Shown here one piece after another: positions 9,295-18,541 of a DNA stretch of 64,000 nt; position 1 is the stretch's first letter; each line of letters opens with the position of its first letter. The DNA lies in the IMG/VR virus record IMGVR_UViG_3300028043_000001, positions 52,437 through 116,436 of that record. The stretch is one strand, 5' to 3'. The stretch comes from a virus. The notes below the pieces were generated by a model, which saw nothing but the letters and a program-made list of their open reading frames with translations, was not told where the DNA came from and made no database searches. The position numbers and the translations under genes are program-made.

Positions 9295-9843
9295 ATGACT
9301 CCTCAAGAGGTATGGCAAGTATACTGTGGTAAGCAGCCCGTGATTGATATTGGGTGTGGATGGCACATAGTATTTAGTTTCGATTATGTCAGATTCGACA
9401 AAGCAAGTCAGATATTGAGTCAAAAAACATGTGTTAATCACTACGGCGATTTTCATGACATGTCCAACTTCGCAGACAACACGTTTGCTTTTGTCAACGC
9501 AACGCATGTTATTGAACACGCCGAATTTCCTGAAAGGGCCTTGAGCGAGTGGCTACGTATCTTACAAGCCGGCGGCGTGATCAATTTGACGTGGCCCGAC
9601 TTAGATGTAGGGGATCGAGGCAAGATTGAGGAGTTAAAGAAAGCAGTGGATAGAGGAGACTTAGAGACATACCGAGCATTGGGAGGCGACTTAGCTTGGG
9701 TTTCTTTAGATAAAGATGGCAAGAAAATGTTAGATGTCCACTACAACAGAATTACTTTAAATGACATGAAAAAATATTTAGGTGAAAAGGTTGTGGTACT
9801 CGCTGAGGGTATTGAATTTCTAATTGCAAGGAAGGTTTATTAA
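9295..9843 (+). CDS. Class I SAM-dependent methyltransferase (Methyltransf_11-like)
   Basis: IDIGCG, HVIEH, EWLRILQAGG. Confidence 0.85.
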   Translation: MTPQEVWQVYCGKQPVIDIGCGWHIVFSFDYVRFDKASQILSQKTCVNHYGDFHDMSNFADNTFAFVNATHVIEHAEFPERALSEWLRILQAGGVINLTWPDLDVGDRGKIEELKKAVDRGDLETYRALGGDLAWVSLDKDGKKMLDVHYNRITLNDMKKYLGEKVVVLAEGIEFLIARKVY

Positions 9844-9870
9844 CTTTATGTCTTTAGGAGTGAACAAAAT

Positions 9871-10821
9871 ATAAGACCGCTTAAAATTTTTGGTGTTGCA
9901 GCAAACCACCGAAAGTATGGTGGTAAGGGGGGTGTTGAAAAATTCCACCACCACTTAAAAGAGGCTATAAATGCCGAGCCTCTTTTACCGCAAGAAGTTG
10001 TTGGTGCTCTCGAAAGATTTTCGGCCGAGAGTTTGCTTTTCGTAGTTGACGGTGGGCACGGCATTGACATTCCTCACTACATTCCTTTAATTTCTGTTTG
10101 TCATGGAACTTGGGTTGCTTTGTGGGCAAGGGCAGACTGGCAGCCTGAACATCTTGGTTTTGACGAAGAATGTTATGAACCTTCTCAACTACAAATGTAC
10201 GGCAGGCGCGGTCAACCTGGAAGGCCAAACATGCTCCCCGTCGCAGTTTCCGCCGGCGCAAAGAGGGAGCTCGTTATGTATCATAATCGCCACGACGCGG
10301 TTACGATTTGCAATGGCGTTAGCACTCGAGAATTCTGCCCACTTCCTAAGCATACCGACAGGGCCCGGCCGATCATAATTCACGCCGCGGCAGATTGGCG
10401 GAAAGGGATTTATATTATTCCCAAACTCCAGGAGAGGTTGCCTCATTTTGATTTCCAATATTTGAATGCTGAAATTGGAGAAGAACCCGCAAAGTTTGCA
10501 CGAGGTGACATGTTTGTGCACATCTCGTGCTCTGAAGGTAACGCTTATGCATGTCTCGAGGCGATGAGCTGCAATTTGCCAATGGTGGTGACAAATGTCG
10601 GTCTATTTGAAAGTGACGTTGATAGTTCTATTGTTGGTCGTGTTATACCGTATGTATCAACAGTTGAGGAAATCTGTCAAGCAATTGAGGAAGTGTGGGA
10701 AACCAGAGAAAAATTCAATCCCCGAGAATGGATTTTAAGCAATGCCACATTCGAGCATTTTAGAGATAATTGGCATAGTTTAATTGAAAATCTCGAACAA
10801 CTTGGATTAAAAAGGAATTAG
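9871..10821 (+). CDS. Glycosyltransferase family 4 (GT-B), probable non-canonical ATA start
   Basis: EGNAYACLEAMSCNLP motif. The frame extends upstream of the listed TTG (10033) into a typical GT4 N-terminus (LKIFGV...GGVEKF). AGGAG at 9856-9860. Confidence 0.8.
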   Translation: MRPLKIFGVAANHRKYGGKGGVEKFHHHLKEAINAEPLLPQEVVGALERFSAESLLFVVDGGHGIDIPHYIPLISVCHGTWVALWARADWQPEHLGFDEECYEPSQLQMYGRRGQPGRPNMLPVAVSAGAKRELVMYHNRHDAVTICNGVSTREFCPLPKHTDRARPIIIHAAADWRKGIYIIPKLQERLPHFDFQYLNAEIGEEPAKFARGDMFVHISCSEGNAYACLEAMSCNLPMVVTNVGLFESDVDSSIVGRVIPYVSTVEEICQAIEEVWETREKFNPREWILSNATFEHFRDNWHSLIENLEQLGLKRN

Positions 10822-10825
10822 GAAA

Positions 10826-11488
10826 ATGGTATTTGTAGCAGATGGATTGGCGGCTAAAAGTATTCGTGCTATTTTTCATGGCTACCGTCCTTTTAAAATT
10901 GTTGAAACTGGTACTTTTCTTGGTCTTGGATCTACCCGAATTATAGCTGAGGCTATAAGAGATTACAGCATCAACGCGCAATTTTACTCAATAGAGTGTA
11001 ATCCCTCTTTCTTTAACGGAGCCACTAACAACTTGAAATCTTTGGGGTTAAGCATTTTTGTTGAACTAATTAATGGGTTATCAGTTCCCCATTCTAGGTT
11101 ACTCCCGCGCGAGGAAATCGTTGAGTGGCTCTCAAAACAACCCGCTGACTTATTTGACGACCTGCAAAGAGAAAGAAAGGCAGTTAACTACGTTGAAGAG
11201 ACTTCATTTAATGTTCCTGACGACCAGCTCCGAGTTGTCCTAGAGAAGTTTAATTTTCGCCCCGACTTCGTTTTACTAGACAGTGCAGGCTATTTAGGAA
11301 ACGTTGAGTTTAACTACCTTCTAAGTTTATTAAAAGGTCCCACCTTTATAGTTTTAGATGATGCTATGCACCACGTAAAACATTTTGAAAATTGGCAGTT
11401 CATGTTGAATAATCCCAAACAGTTTAAACAAATGTTTACCGTTGACGAACGCTATGGTGTCGTTGGCTTCCACTACAATCCTGACTAA
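10826..11488 (+). CDS. Methyltransferase-like protein
   Basis: IVETGTFLGLGST, SIE, VLLDS, VLDD, HVKH. Confidence 0.7.
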   Translation: MVFVADGLAAKSIRAIFHGYRPFKIVETGTFLGLGSTRIIAEAIRDYSINAQFYSIECNPSFFNGATNNLKSLGLSIFVELINGLSVPHSRLLPREEIVEWLSKQPADLFDDLQRERKAVNYVEETSFNVPDDQLRVVLEKFNFRPDFVLLDSAGYLGNVEFNYLLSLLKGPTFIVLDDAMHHVKHFENWQFMLNNPKQFKQMFTVDERYGVVGFHYNPD

Positions 11489-11549
11489 AAAAATTTTCTT
11501 CCCTCAAGGACCTGGAATTGAGATTTTTTGGGGTTAACAAAATTTGGAG

Positions 11550-11578
11550 TTGAAAAATTTTTGATTATGTAGTATAAT
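11550..11578 (+). promoter_or_regulatory. Sigma70-type promoter
   Basis: TTGAAA-17 bp-TATAAT upstream of dUTPase. Confidence 0.75.
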
Positions 11579-11620
11579 AGGTTCAAAAGAAAAAAGAACA
11601 CCTATTTGTGGAGAGTGTCG

Positions 11621-12046
11621 ATGTCGAAAATCCTGGTTAAATTGCACTACCCAAATGCATGCCCCCCCTCAAAGCCTAGACCCGAAGATGCTGGATGGGA
11701 TTTGTATTCATACAGAGATCTGAGTCTCCAGCCAGGCACAACCGCAAAACTTGATTGTGGCGTGGCTATTTGGGTTCCCAACAATTTTGTTGGTCTTATC
11801 TTCCCACGCAGTTCGTGGCGAGCACGCGGACTGGTTTGTCACAGCGTCTACGATCATGGCTATACTGGGCTGTGCCAACCCTTTGTTACTAACGCTTCGC
11901 GGCTTACCCTTCAAATCACAGAAGGCGAGCGCGTCCTTCAGTTCCTCTTTTTACCTGCACAGCTGGGGGATCAAATTCAGGTTGTTGAGGAGTTACCAAG
12001 CTCAAGCCGTGGAACGCTTGGTGCAGGATCTTCAGGTCGCTTTTAG
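11621..12046 (+). CDS. dut: Trimeric dUTPase
   Basis: AGWDL, PRSS, DHGYTG, GERVLQ, RGTLGAGSSG motifs. Confidence 0.9.
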   Translation: MSKILVKLHYPNACPPSKPRPEDAGWDLYSYRDLSLQPGTTAKLDCGVAIWVPNNFVGLIFPRSSWRARGLVCHSVYDHGYTGLCQPFVTNASRLTLQITEGERVLQFLFLPAQLGDQIQVVEELPSSSRGTLGAGSSGRF

Positions 12047-12321
12047 TGCAACTTTTAAAAGGCATAAGGAGAAACCGTAAAATGGGGGATGTTATAGGCT
12101 TCCCGAAATCATGTCTTGCAGCACGCACAAACCAAATTTGCGCGTTCAATGATGACCACCTTCAAAGCTTCTTAACGGAAATCACAAAAGAGTTTCACGA
12201 TTCCTTCGGTATTCATCTCCGTTTCATCCGAACAATTCCGCATGCAAGCCATGATCCAGACTTTTGTCGGCTCGAAGCTTGGGTGGAGATCAGTATTCCG
12301 AAACTATTAGGGAAGAGTTAA
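12046..12321 (+). CDS. Hypothetical protein
   Basis: Operon packing. Start uncertain (alternative ATG at 12082). Confidence 0.45.
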   Translation: MQLLKGIRRNRKMGDVIGFPKSCLAARTNQICAFNDDHLQSFLTEITKEFHDSFGIHLRFIRTIPHASHDPDFCRLEAWVEISIPKLLGKS

Positions 12322-12333
12322 AGAGGTCTACAA

Positions 12334-13077
12334 ATGAGCGTTGACTATCGCGGGACAAGTTTTTCGGCGGTCTACATTGAGGCGACCACCTTAGGGGATG
12401 CGTGGTTTCAGTTGCTATTCAATGCCTACCACAAAGGCCGCCGTTACCTAATCACAAAGGGTTCATATGAGGGAGGTCACCGCGTTGAGTTCGATTTTGC
12501 TGCAGGTTTTATAAAGTATCCCCATGACCGCCCCCTAGCCCCCATCATGCCCGAAGGAATCAACATCAGTTCACCTACTGATGACGAAAAAATCTGGGAG
12601 TATTTTGAGAATTATTTGATGGACCCGACGTTAAGTGATCATGAGGAATATAAATATGCTACATGGATCAATGGGCCTATCCCTGGCTCCGACCTCACCC
12701 AGATCGACTGGGTCATCAAGCACTTCAAGGAATCGGGCTACGGAACAAATCATTGCTTCGTTCAAATTGGAGACCGTGATTCATTTATGGCCTACGAACG
12801 CCCATATACGTCAGAGCTGGAACGAGGTACAAGCCCTTGCCTGCGGGGCATTGATTTTAAGATAGTTGACAAAATTCTTACCACCACCGTTTACTTCCGA
12901 TCGTGGGACCTCATAGGAGGCTTTCCTATAAACCTTGGAGGCATTGTCCACTTGAGCGAGTATGTCGCATATGCTCTGGATGATGTAGAACCGGGGCCTC
13001 TTGCTTTTTGTAGTAAGGGTCTCCATGTCTACGATTTTTATTTAGAGCTGCTCAAGTGCTTATTACGAACCGACTAA
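12334..13077 (+). CDS. thyA: Thymidylate synthase family protein (archaeal-like ThyA)
   Basis: Catalytic PC, FRSWD, GFPIN (Asn implies dUMP specificity), LHVY. Confidence 0.8.
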   Translation: MSVDYRGTSFSAVYIEATTLGDAWFQLLFNAYHKGRRYLITKGSYEGGHRVEFDFAAGFIKYPHDRPLAPIMPEGINISSPTDDEKIWEYFENYLMDPTLSDHEEYKYATWINGPIPGSDLTQIDWVIKHFKESGYGTNHCFVQIGDRDSFMAYERPYTSELERGTSPCLRGIDFKIVDKILTTTVYFRSWDLIGGFPINLGGIVHLSEYVAYALDDVEPGPLAFCSKGLHVYDFYLELLKCLLRTD

Positions 13078-13091
13078 AGAAGGAGAAACTT

Positions 13092-13331
13092 ATGTTAAGG
13101 TGGCCGATTGGGTTTGCGCTTTGCTTCTTGCTCTCAGGTAGTGCGGGAGCCCATCATGATTTCCGCGTCCCCGACCACAAAATTCACGAAACAAAAACTT
13201 TTAAAATTTACGTCTTACCGGATGGCCGCTTCTTGGTTGAACCTTTAAAGGAAAAACCTCGCTATGAGGATTTAAAGAACGAAAATCCCCGCATTGGGGT
13301 AGAATTGGAGGATGACGATGTCGACGAGTAA
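13092..13331 (+). CDS. Small hypothetical protein with signal-peptide-like N-terminus
   Basis: AAGGAG RBS, hydrophobic leader ending AGA. Confidence 0.5.
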   Translation: MLRWPIGFALCFLLSGSAGAHHDFRVPDHKIHETKTFKIYVLPDGRFLVEPLKEKPRYEDLKNENPRIGVELEDDDVDE

Positions 13332-14031
13332 TGGGTGCGTTGTTTTACTTTCGGGGGGTATGGATTCTACAGTGCTAGCTTCTCTGGCAACTCAGAACTT
13401 CGACCGCGTAGTTGCGTTGTCGGTTAACTACGCCCAACGCCATAAGCGTGAATTGGAAGCAGCATCTAAAGTGGCAAAACACCTGAATATCCCCCACACA
13501 GTCTTGGATATTTCAAACATTAACAATCTACTCCAAGGATCGGCTTTGACCTCAAAAGAGGTCGAAGTACCTCACGGCCACTATGCTGCAGACAACATGA
13601 AAATCACTGTTGTCCCAGGAAGGAACACCATCCTTCTTAGCATCGCTTACGGCTTCTGCGTGAGTCTCGGCTTCACGAGCGTATCGTATGCGGCGCACAG
13701 GGGTGATTTTTACCAGTACCCTGACACACGATTTGAGTATGTACAGGCAGTTCAGAAGGTTTTTGAGTTAGGCCATTTCTGGCCCGTCACGTTGTGGACA
13801 CCTTTTCTGGAAACCGATAAAGCAGGAATTTGCAAAATCGGTCTTGAAATTGGTTCCCCCTTCGAGCTCAGCCACACTTGTTATGAGGGAGAAGAGGTCG
13901 CGTGTGCCAAATGCGGCTCATGCGTGGAGCGTATTGAATCCTTTTATCTTAATGAAGCAATCGATCCTATAAGTTACAAAGGGGGTTGGGATCACGCGTT
14001 GCAAAATATCTTCGCAGTGCTCGCTAAATAA
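13318..14031 (+). CDS. queC: 7-cyano-7-deazaguanine synthase
   Basis: LSGGMDS, YAQRH..E, VPGRN, YPDTR, TCY...CAKCGSCVER. Confidence 0.95.
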   Translation: MSTSNGCVVLLSGGMDSTVLASLATQNFDRVVALSVNYAQRHKRELEAASKVAKHLNIPHTVLDISNINNLLQGSALTSKEVEVPHGHYAADNMKITVVPGRNTILLSIAYGFCVSLGFTSVSYAAHRGDFYQYPDTRFEYVQAVQKVFELGHFWPVTLWTPFLETDKAGICKIGLEIGSPFELSHTCYEGEEVACAKCGSCVERIESFYLNEAIDPISYKGGWDHALQNIFAVLAK

Positions 14032-14069
14032 GGCGTTGCTCACATTAGCTTAAAGACACCAAATTAAAG

Positions 14070-14549
14070 TTGAAAGACAAGCATTTTATGATACACGACT
14101 TTCTGTCAAAGCTATTGGAATTGCTTGATAGTGGACCTAAGTTTGACGAATTTGTTAGTGACTTGCAAAAAGATTTAGACCGCTATGCCAAGATTTCTGA
14201 GACCGATGCCGACCTTAATGCTTTACCTGCCGGTATTCAATACTGGATGGCAAAGAAAGCGGATCTTGAGTTTTGCAAACGCTCTCTCGAAAAAGAGATG
14301 CGGCAGACATCGATTCCGCGGTTGATGGAGTTGGTTAAAAAGGGAAATTATATTTCATCTAAACTGTTAGATGCCGCCCTAGAGTCCGTACCCGAATACT
14401 CGCGGCTCGCTGAACGTTGTTCTAAAGTTCAGTATGTAATCGACCTAATCCAGACCGGAGTTACCGGAATGTGGTTCAAGAGGGATGCCTTGATTAACTT
14501 GAGTGCGTCGCGGCGGCGCATGTTAGACTCCGAGAAATTTGATTACTAA
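14070..14549 (+). CDS. UvsY-like recombination mediator (helical)
   Basis: Helical, about 150 aa, C-terminal KRDALINLSA..R. Adjacent to SSB and RecA. Confidence 0.5.
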   Translation: MKDKHFMIHDFLSKLLELLDSGPKFDEFVSDLQKDLDRYAKISETDADLNALPAGIQYWMAKKADLEFCKRSLEKEMRQTSIPRLMELVKKGNYISSKLLDAALESVPEYSRLAERCSKVQYVIDLIQTGVTGMWFKRDALINLSASRRRMLDSEKFDY

Positions 14550-14586
14550 ACCAAATTTAACTTTTTAACTTTGGAGGATTACCCCA

Positions 14587-15438
14587 ATGCAAACTGATGT
14601 TTTGACCATGTTAAAGGAACAGTTGGACCCCGAAGAGTTTCGTAGGCTCACTGAAACTCGGCAAAGCCTCGAGAGGCGCTTCATGAAGTTGCAATCTGAA
14701 ACCAACTACTTGCGCATCTTGCCTGGCGAGCCCGGAAAACTATGGTTTCGAGAAGTGCACAACCATTTTAAAGTTGGAGGTCCTGATAAGCGCGGAGTTT
14801 GTGTGTGCCTCGCCGCAGAGAGGTTAACTCAGTCGAGGTGTTTCATTGAAGATGTGATTTCGTTTTATCAGAAATCATCCCACGCTGCCGACCAGGAATA
14901 CGCGAAGGCCTTAAGAGCCTCACGGATCTATTGGGTAAATGCTTATGATGCCAAGTCGGATGAACCTGTTGTGAGGATTGTACCCTTGAGTTACACCACC
15001 TTCCAACAGCTTTTCTCTATGTATCTTGCAGGTGAGCACTCCTTTCTTGATGTTGAAAAAGGAGTAAACACTATAATCACCAAACAGGCAGGCAACAAAT
15101 ACTTCGTTCGGTTAGGAACTCAAAAAGATCCCATTGCATCCCCAGATTTGCTTGATCAGCGGTTCGACCTCGATGAGATTGTGCAGCAGCAAATTCGGTC
15201 TTACGAAGAGCAAATGTCAATGTTCCCGGTCGAGCTCGTTGCGAAGATGAAATCGTTTGGTCTCGTTAAAGACAGCGTGATGCCTGCTGACTCCCCCCAC
15301 TCCGACTTTTCCTTTACTGCCCCTATCACAGGTATTAGTGAGGAGAGGCAGGGCATGGGGGAAGACGAGATAAATGAGCAAATGGAAGCCTTAATGAAGG
15401 TAGCCAAACGGTCGAAAGCCAACTTAGAGGATATTTGA
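14587..15438 (+). CDS. gp32-like single-stranded DNA-binding protein
   Basis: LRILP, HNH..C.C...C metal site, YWVN, acidic C-terminal tail. Confidence 0.7.
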   Translation: MQTDVLTMLKEQLDPEEFRRLTETRQSLERRFMKLQSETNYLRILPGEPGKLWFREVHNHFKVGGPDKRGVCVCLAAERLTQSRCFIEDVISFYQKSSHAADQEYAKALRASRIYWVNAYDAKSDEPVVRIVPLSYTTFQQLFSMYLAGEHSFLDVEKGVNTIITKQAGNKYFVRLGTQKDPIASPDLLDQRFDLDEIVQQQIRSYEEQMSMFPVELVAKMKSFGLVKDSVMPADSPHSDFSFTAPITGISEERQGMGEDEINEQMEALMKVAKRSKANLEDI

Positions 15439-15482
15439 ATCCTCCACCCGAACAAGTTAATGAGTGAGGAGAGGATGAAGAG

Positions 15483-15728
15483 GTGAAGACAAAGAAAAAA
15501 GAAGACATAAAAGTTACTTATGTCCCCGAGTTTTGCTGCAAGGATGCCGAGGAGGCAAAAAATGAAGGTTTTGTGACTTTCATTTTGGGCCCTCTTACCA
15601 ACAGTGCGGGTTTTTTCATCGTCAACAAGGCAGGCAAAGTCCGTATGATCAAGTTCTGTCCATTTTGTGGGGCCCGCGTTGAGAACGTAGAGGGTAAGCA
15701 GCAATTTGTCGATGACGTTGAAATATAA
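15483..15728 (+). CDS. Small Cys-containing phage protein
   Basis: FCC...IKFCPFCG. Confidence 0.6.
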   Translation: MKTKKKEDIKVTYVPEFCCKDAEEAKNEGFVTFILGPLTNSAGFFIVNKAGKVRMIKFCPFCGARVENVEGKQQFVDDVEI

Positions 15729-15748
15729 GAGGGTGGAAAGCCCGGGCT

Positions 15749-15808
15749 AGCTTGGGGTGGGAACTTAGGTTACCTGTAAGAAGGACGTTTCTCGCCCCGA
15801 GCTTTTTT
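15749..15808 (+). terminator. Long G-U-containing stem-loop plus U tract upstream of recA
   Basis: AGCTTGGGGTGGGAAC pairs with GTTTCTCGCCCCGAGCT, followed by a T run. Confidence 0.55.
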
Positions 15809-15827
15809 AAACTTAGGGACTTTCTAT

Positions 15828-16853
15828 ATGTCAAAAGACGACAAGAAAACGAAATGGACCATTAAGCCAACTGACCTGGATTCTCCTGAGTGCCACTCAA
15901 ATATTACTTCGTATGTCAGCACTGGGGTACCGACTTTAGACTTAGCGATAGGCAAGCCAGGATGGCCTGTAGGACGCTGCAGTTCTCTTGTTGGTAATCC
16001 AGGTGTTGGTAAGTCCTCATTAATTTACTCCACTTTAACAGGTGTGCAAAAAAGTGGTGGGATTAGTGTGCTCGTGGATTCTGAATTTTCTTTGGAAAAG
16101 ACCCGCGCTCAAGCTGTAGGAGTCGACATTTCAAAGCTAATCCTGTTCCAAGGTATTCAACTTGAAGATTTTGTTCCTTTACTAGAGGAGATGATTGCAA
16201 AACGCAACTCTGTTGATCCTAGCACCTTACTCGTTGTGGCTTACGACACGGTCTCCGCTTTGCCCAGCGAGAGCGATCTTACTGTTAGTCCAGGCTCAAT
16301 GCCGCAACCTGGCTTTCATGCTCGCTACTTCAGTTTTGCGTTTAGGCGACTAATGGAGCGGATTGCTAGTGAGAGGGTGGCCTTAATAATGGTTCATCAG
16401 CCAAGGACAAAAATCGCTACTATGGGATATGGTAGCACCCTGACTTGGCTAGCAAAGACTCCGACGACGTTCTATTCATCACTAATCATTCAGCTTACAA
16501 AGTTCCGCGACCTTAAAAGTTCTCAACAAACAGTGGGTATTGAGGTGATAGCAAAGATAATCAGAAGCAAAATCGCCCCGCCATTGGGCCAAACGCGATT
16601 CAATGTTTTGTTCAAGAGCGGTGTAGACGGTATTACTCCAATCCTTGACATTCTCCTCCAGGAGGGGTTTGTTGAGAAGAAAGGGGGCTGGTATACCGTT
16701 ATTGAAACTGGAGAAAAATTTCAAGCCAAAGACTTCCTGGACTACTATGAAGCACACCAACAAAGGCTTGACGAAATTGTCTCCTCCGCGTACGCTTCAG
16801 CGGAATCTTCCCTGGAAAGAGACCTTGAAGATTTGAGCTTTTCTAATTCCTAA
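15828..16853 (+). CDS. recA: RecA/UvsX recombinase
   Basis: STG...LDLAIG.GWP.GR, GNPGVGKS, DSE, SKIAPP, KKGGWY. Confidence 0.9.
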   Translation: MSKDDKKTKWTIKPTDLDSPECHSNITSYVSTGVPTLDLAIGKPGWPVGRCSSLVGNPGVGKSSLIYSTLTGVQKSGGISVLVDSEFSLEKTRAQAVGVDISKLILFQGIQLEDFVPLLEEMIAKRNSVDPSTLLVVAYDTVSALPSESDLTVSPGSMPQPGFHARYFSFAFRRLMERIASERVALIMVHQPRTKIATMGYGSTLTWLAKTPTTFYSSLIIQLTKFRDLKSSQQTVGIEVIAKIIRSKIAPPLGQTRFNVLFKSGVDGITPILDILLQEGFVEKKGGWYTVIETGEKFQAKDFLDYYEAHQQRLDEIVSSAYASAESSLERDLEDLSFSNS

Positions 16854-16868
16854 AAGGAGGGCTGAAAT

Positions 16869-17063
16869 ATGCCACTCGAAGTTTTGCGTCCCGGAATTTT
16901 TCGACTTCACCACAACGAAATGCCCTTTTGCCCTGAGTGCGGTTCTAAGGACTTCGAATTTGAGAAGCTAAATTCACCCAAGCTTAAATTGCCCGCAGAG
17001 TCGGTCGTCATGATGTGCGAGGTGTGCGGCTGCGTTTTTAAGCTTTCCAACCTTGAGGGATAG
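16869..17063 (+). CDS. Zn-ribbon protein
   Basis: CPECGS...CEVCG. AGGAGG RBS. Confidence 0.65.
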   Translation: MPLEVLRPGIFRLHHNEMPFCPECGSKDFEFEKLNSPKLKLPAESVVMMCEVCGCVFKLSNLEG

Positions 17064-17066
17064 TAA

Positions 17067-17621
17067 TTGGCAAAAAAGAAAGAAGTCGAGTTACACCGCC
17101 AAGCATTTGAATTGTACGTTCAAGGCTTAACCTTGATCGAAATTGCTTCGGCATTAGGTGTAAGTCCTAACACTTTAAAATACTGGAAGTCCAAGAACTG
17201 TCAATGCGTGTGTGCTTTCCATGACTGGGTTGACTTTAAGAAGAAAGTCCAGGCTCAGGTACCACAAACAGTAATTGATGCTACCAGCTCTGCGCTTATC
17301 CCAAAAATGTCTGCTCAAATGATGATTAAGCAACTCGAGCAGATTTGTGCGGAAGAACTCGGGAAAACCGATGGTTTACGTCCCAAGACTTGGAAAGAAC
17401 TTATTGAAACTTTCAAGCTTTTGGTTGATTTAAGGAAAGTCTATGGAGTGACTGAAGAAGAAGACGTTACTTTGACTCGCACTGAAACGAGAACCGTCGA
17501 AGAGAAAATCCAAATCCACACCGCAGTTGATGACTTTGTTAAGCAGCTTCACGAAAGACAAACTCAACCCAAAGAGAACGTTGTTGACCTTCTCGTCGAT
17601 CAGTCCCGAAGCGCCCTTTAA
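17067..17621 (+). CDS. Putative terminase small subunit (N-terminal HTH)
   Basis: AFELY..G.TL.EIA..LGVS.NTL..WK HTH, located upstream of TerL. Confidence 0.7.
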   Translation: MAKKKEVELHRQAFELYVQGLTLIEIASALGVSPNTLKYWKSKNCQCVCAFHDWVDFKKKVQAQVPQTVIDATSSALIPKMSAQMMIKQLEQICAEELGKTDGLRPKTWKELIETFKLLVDLRKVYGVTEEEDVTLTRTETRTVEEKIQIHTAVDDFVKQLHERQTQPKENVVDLLVDQSRSAL

Positions 17622-17663
17622 TTTACAACTTACTAGGTAAAGTCTTGGGGGGGTTCTAGGTTA

Positions 17664-18530
17664 ATGAAAAGCTTAAGTCATAACAACACTACAAAAAGTA
17701 TTTTGTGGATGCATGAAAAGTTTTTGTATCCCGTTGTTAGGGTTTTTGGTCAAAGGGCGGCTGGATCTGGTACTGTGATTCATAGCCGTGAAGGAGTTTC
17801 TCGAGAAGGCGAGTTTGAAACTTTTGTGCTAACTAACCACCATGTAATCGAAGATTGTATAAGCCACAAAAAAGATTGGGATTCTATTCTAAAGCGCAAT
17901 GTTGAGAAGGAGTTTCTCGAGAAGGCGCACGTCGAAACTTTCAGCTATGTAAACATGTCAACTGTTGACTCATCTAATCGATATAAAGCTGATATCGTTG
18001 CCTATGACAAATCCCATGATCTTGCCCTACTGAAAGTTGATAGCCCCCTCGAGTTTAAATACGTTGCTAAAATTATCCCCCGAAAGGAAATCGATGATAT
18101 CAAACTTTTTATGGAGGTTGTTGCTTGTGGCTGTTCTTTAGGGCACGAGCCTTTATGCAACCATGGACATGTCACTTTCCTCAAAGAAATTATCGATAAG
18201 AAAAAGTATATTATTTCTTCGGCTGGGGTGTACTTTGGAAATAGTGGTGGAGCGTTGTACCTCGCAGAGACCGGTGATTTAATTGGCGTCCCAAGTCGCG
18301 TTGCAGCCGTCCAATTAGGGTTTGGAGTTGATGTTATATCGTGGGTAGCATTCTCAGCTCATCCTGAAAGAATTTATGAATTCCTGGATGAGCAGGAGAT
18401 GAAGTTCATTTATGAGCGTGGCGACACGTTTGCAAAGGCTTTGACGCGGCGACAGCAAAAAGAGAAGGACGCAATTCTGGCTTTAAAAGCTGAAATTGCC
18501 CGGCAAAGCGAAGAAGAGTCCGATTTCTAA
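17664..18530 (+). CDS. Trypsin-like serine protease
   Basis: Catalytic triad motifs LTNHHV, DLALLK, GNSGG. Confidence 0.9.
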   Translation: MKSLSHNNTTKSILWMHEKFLYPVVRVFGQRAAGSGTVIHSREGVSREGEFETFVLTNHHVIEDCISHKKDWDSILKRNVEKEFLEKAHVETFSYVNMSTVDSSNRYKADIVAYDKSHDLALLKVDSPLEFKYVAKIIPRKEIDDIKLFMEVVACGCSLGHEPLCNHGHVTFLKEIIDKKKYIISSAGVYFGNSGGALYLAETGDLIGVPSRVAAVQLGFGVDVISWVAFSAHPERIYEFLDEQEMKFIYERGDTFAKALTRRQQKEKDAILALKAEIARQSEEESDF

Positions 18531-18541
18531 GGAGCTCCATA

